Part shown: positions 63,426 to 64,000 of the stretch, piece by piece
How positions within the stretch are numbered: position 1 is the first letter of the stretch
Layout: each line of letters starts with the position of its first letter
Assembly: GCA_027451965.1 (NCBI GenBank)
Contig: DAIDHJ010000001.1
Span: forward strand, 424,963 to 488,962
Length of the DNA: 64,000 bases
Source: Candidatus Adlerbacteria bacterium
Lineage (GTDB): Bacteria > Patescibacteriota > Minisyncoccia > Phycocordibacterales > SBAW01
Direction of reading: 5' to 3'
The notes under the pieces: generated by a model
Told to the model about the DNA's origin: nothing
What the model saw: the letters and a program-made list of their open reading frames with translations, nothing else
Database searches by the model: none
Made by a program: the position numbers and the translations under genes

Positions 63426-64000
63426 TTATGCGACTTCCTTCTCGGGCGCTGGCGCTATCGGAGCAACCTTCTCCACGAGCTGCGCCTTGTAACTACCGCG
63501 GAATCCGGTACCGGCAGGGATCAATCTTCCGATGATCACATTCTCCTTAAGGCCTTCCAGATGATCTACTGAACCGTACAGAGATGCAAGAATAAGAGTT
63601 CGAGTCGTATGCTGGAATGATGCAGCAGAAAGGAAACTGCCTCGTGAGAGTGAAACTCCCACAATACCCATAACCAATCCTTCTACCGTTGCCTCAGCAC
63701 CGCCGTGCTGTGCCGCGCGTTCATTTGCTTCCTTGAGTTCTGTTTCAGACACAACATCTCCTACGGAGAGTTCTGTATCTCCCGGGTTAACTACTTTTAC
63801 GCGCGAGAACATCTGACGAACAATCACTTCAAGGTGTTTGATAGAGATATTTGCACCCTGGAGTTCGTAGATCTTTACGACTTCAGAAATGATATGTTCC
63901 TGCGTACGTTCCTTACCGGCATATTTGTAGAGTTCAGATATATCTGCTGATCCATCCGTAATGATCTGACCTTTTTCTATATGATCTCCGACTTTGACGA
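63426..64000 (-). CDS. rpoC: DNA-directed RNA polymerase beta' subunit, C-terminal end (partial; continues beyond window)
   Basis: The frame stays open to the window edge. HLEVIVRQMFSRV and ENVIIGRLIPAGTGF are conserved RpoC C-terminal segments. Confidence 0.85.
   Translation of the reverse strand, partial: VKVGDHIEKGQIITDGSADISELYKYAGKERTQEHIISEVVKIYELQGANISIKHLEVIVRQMFSRVKVVNPGDTELSVGDVVSETELKEANERAAQHGGAEATVEGLVMGIVGVSLSRGSFLSAASFQHTTRTLILASLYGSVDHLEGLKENVIIGRLIPAGTGFRGSYKAQLVEKVAPIAPAPEKEVA

Noticed and set aside
1-64000. CRISPR arrays, integrases, transposases and IS elements
   Set aside because: Scanned for short regularly spaced direct repeats and for recombinase/transposase-like ORFs on both strands. 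None found. The only notable repeats are the 31-bp pair around the GNAT cassette.

Overview
This 64 kb window is a bacterial chromosomal segment from a compact, moderately GC genome. By eye it resembles a streamlined CPR/Patescibacteria-like lineage, but that is an inference, not a measurement. Genes are tightly packed, often with overlapping stops and starts, and many have strong Shine-Dalgarno sites.

Two blocks of core housekeeping genes flank a visibly A/T-richer accessory stretch.

- Core block 1 (1-27,260): cysS, dnaB, recR, rplU, rmuC, yqeY, an Mpg-type 3-methyladenine glycosylase, tRNA-Glu, a dcw cluster (mraZ-rsmH-ftsL-ftsI-murF), lysS, greA, mrdA-mreD-mreC-mreB, proS, rseP, frr, an Nth-like glycosylase, a holB-like gene, a second mreB paralog, murA, def, fmt, hpf and tRNA-Asn.
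- Accessory stretch (about 27,260-45,600): described in the next paragraph.
- Core block 2 (45,600-64,000): pyk, two DsbA-like oxidoreductases, an NRAMP transporter, a SET-domain protein, zwf, DedA, truB, hisS, a DnaQ-like exonuclease, a UvrD-like helicase fused to a Cas4/AddB-like nuclease, rpoD with a histone-H1-like Lys/Ala N-terminal tail, dnaG and the 3' end of rpoC.

The accessory stretch begins directly at the 3' end of tRNA-Asn(GUU). Its most notable content is a compact operon led by an 818-aa RloC/PrrC-like protein: an ABC/SMC-type ATPase head, a coiled coil with a CPVC zinc hook, a C-terminal HEPN-like R-N-x3-H nuclease motif and a terminal zinc ribbon. It is translationally coupled to small upstream and downstream ORFs. 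Two of the downstream ORFs also carry R-x4-H-G HEPN-like motifs, so this is a candidate multi-HEPN defence or abortive-infection module not obviously matching any described system. Also in this stretch:

- a promoter-driven 150-aa gene with a PARP/DarT-like YHGS motif;
- a GNAT acetyltransferase cassette flanked by 31-bp direct repeats;
- an orphan di-heme cytochrome b-like protein with a long C-terminal extension;
- two tiny ORFs (31 and 34 aa) with near-consensus promoters;
- a membrane-fusion-protein plus RND efflux pair;
- FNR-like, VIT1 and DoxX proteins.

No CRISPR array, integrase or transposase was recognised.
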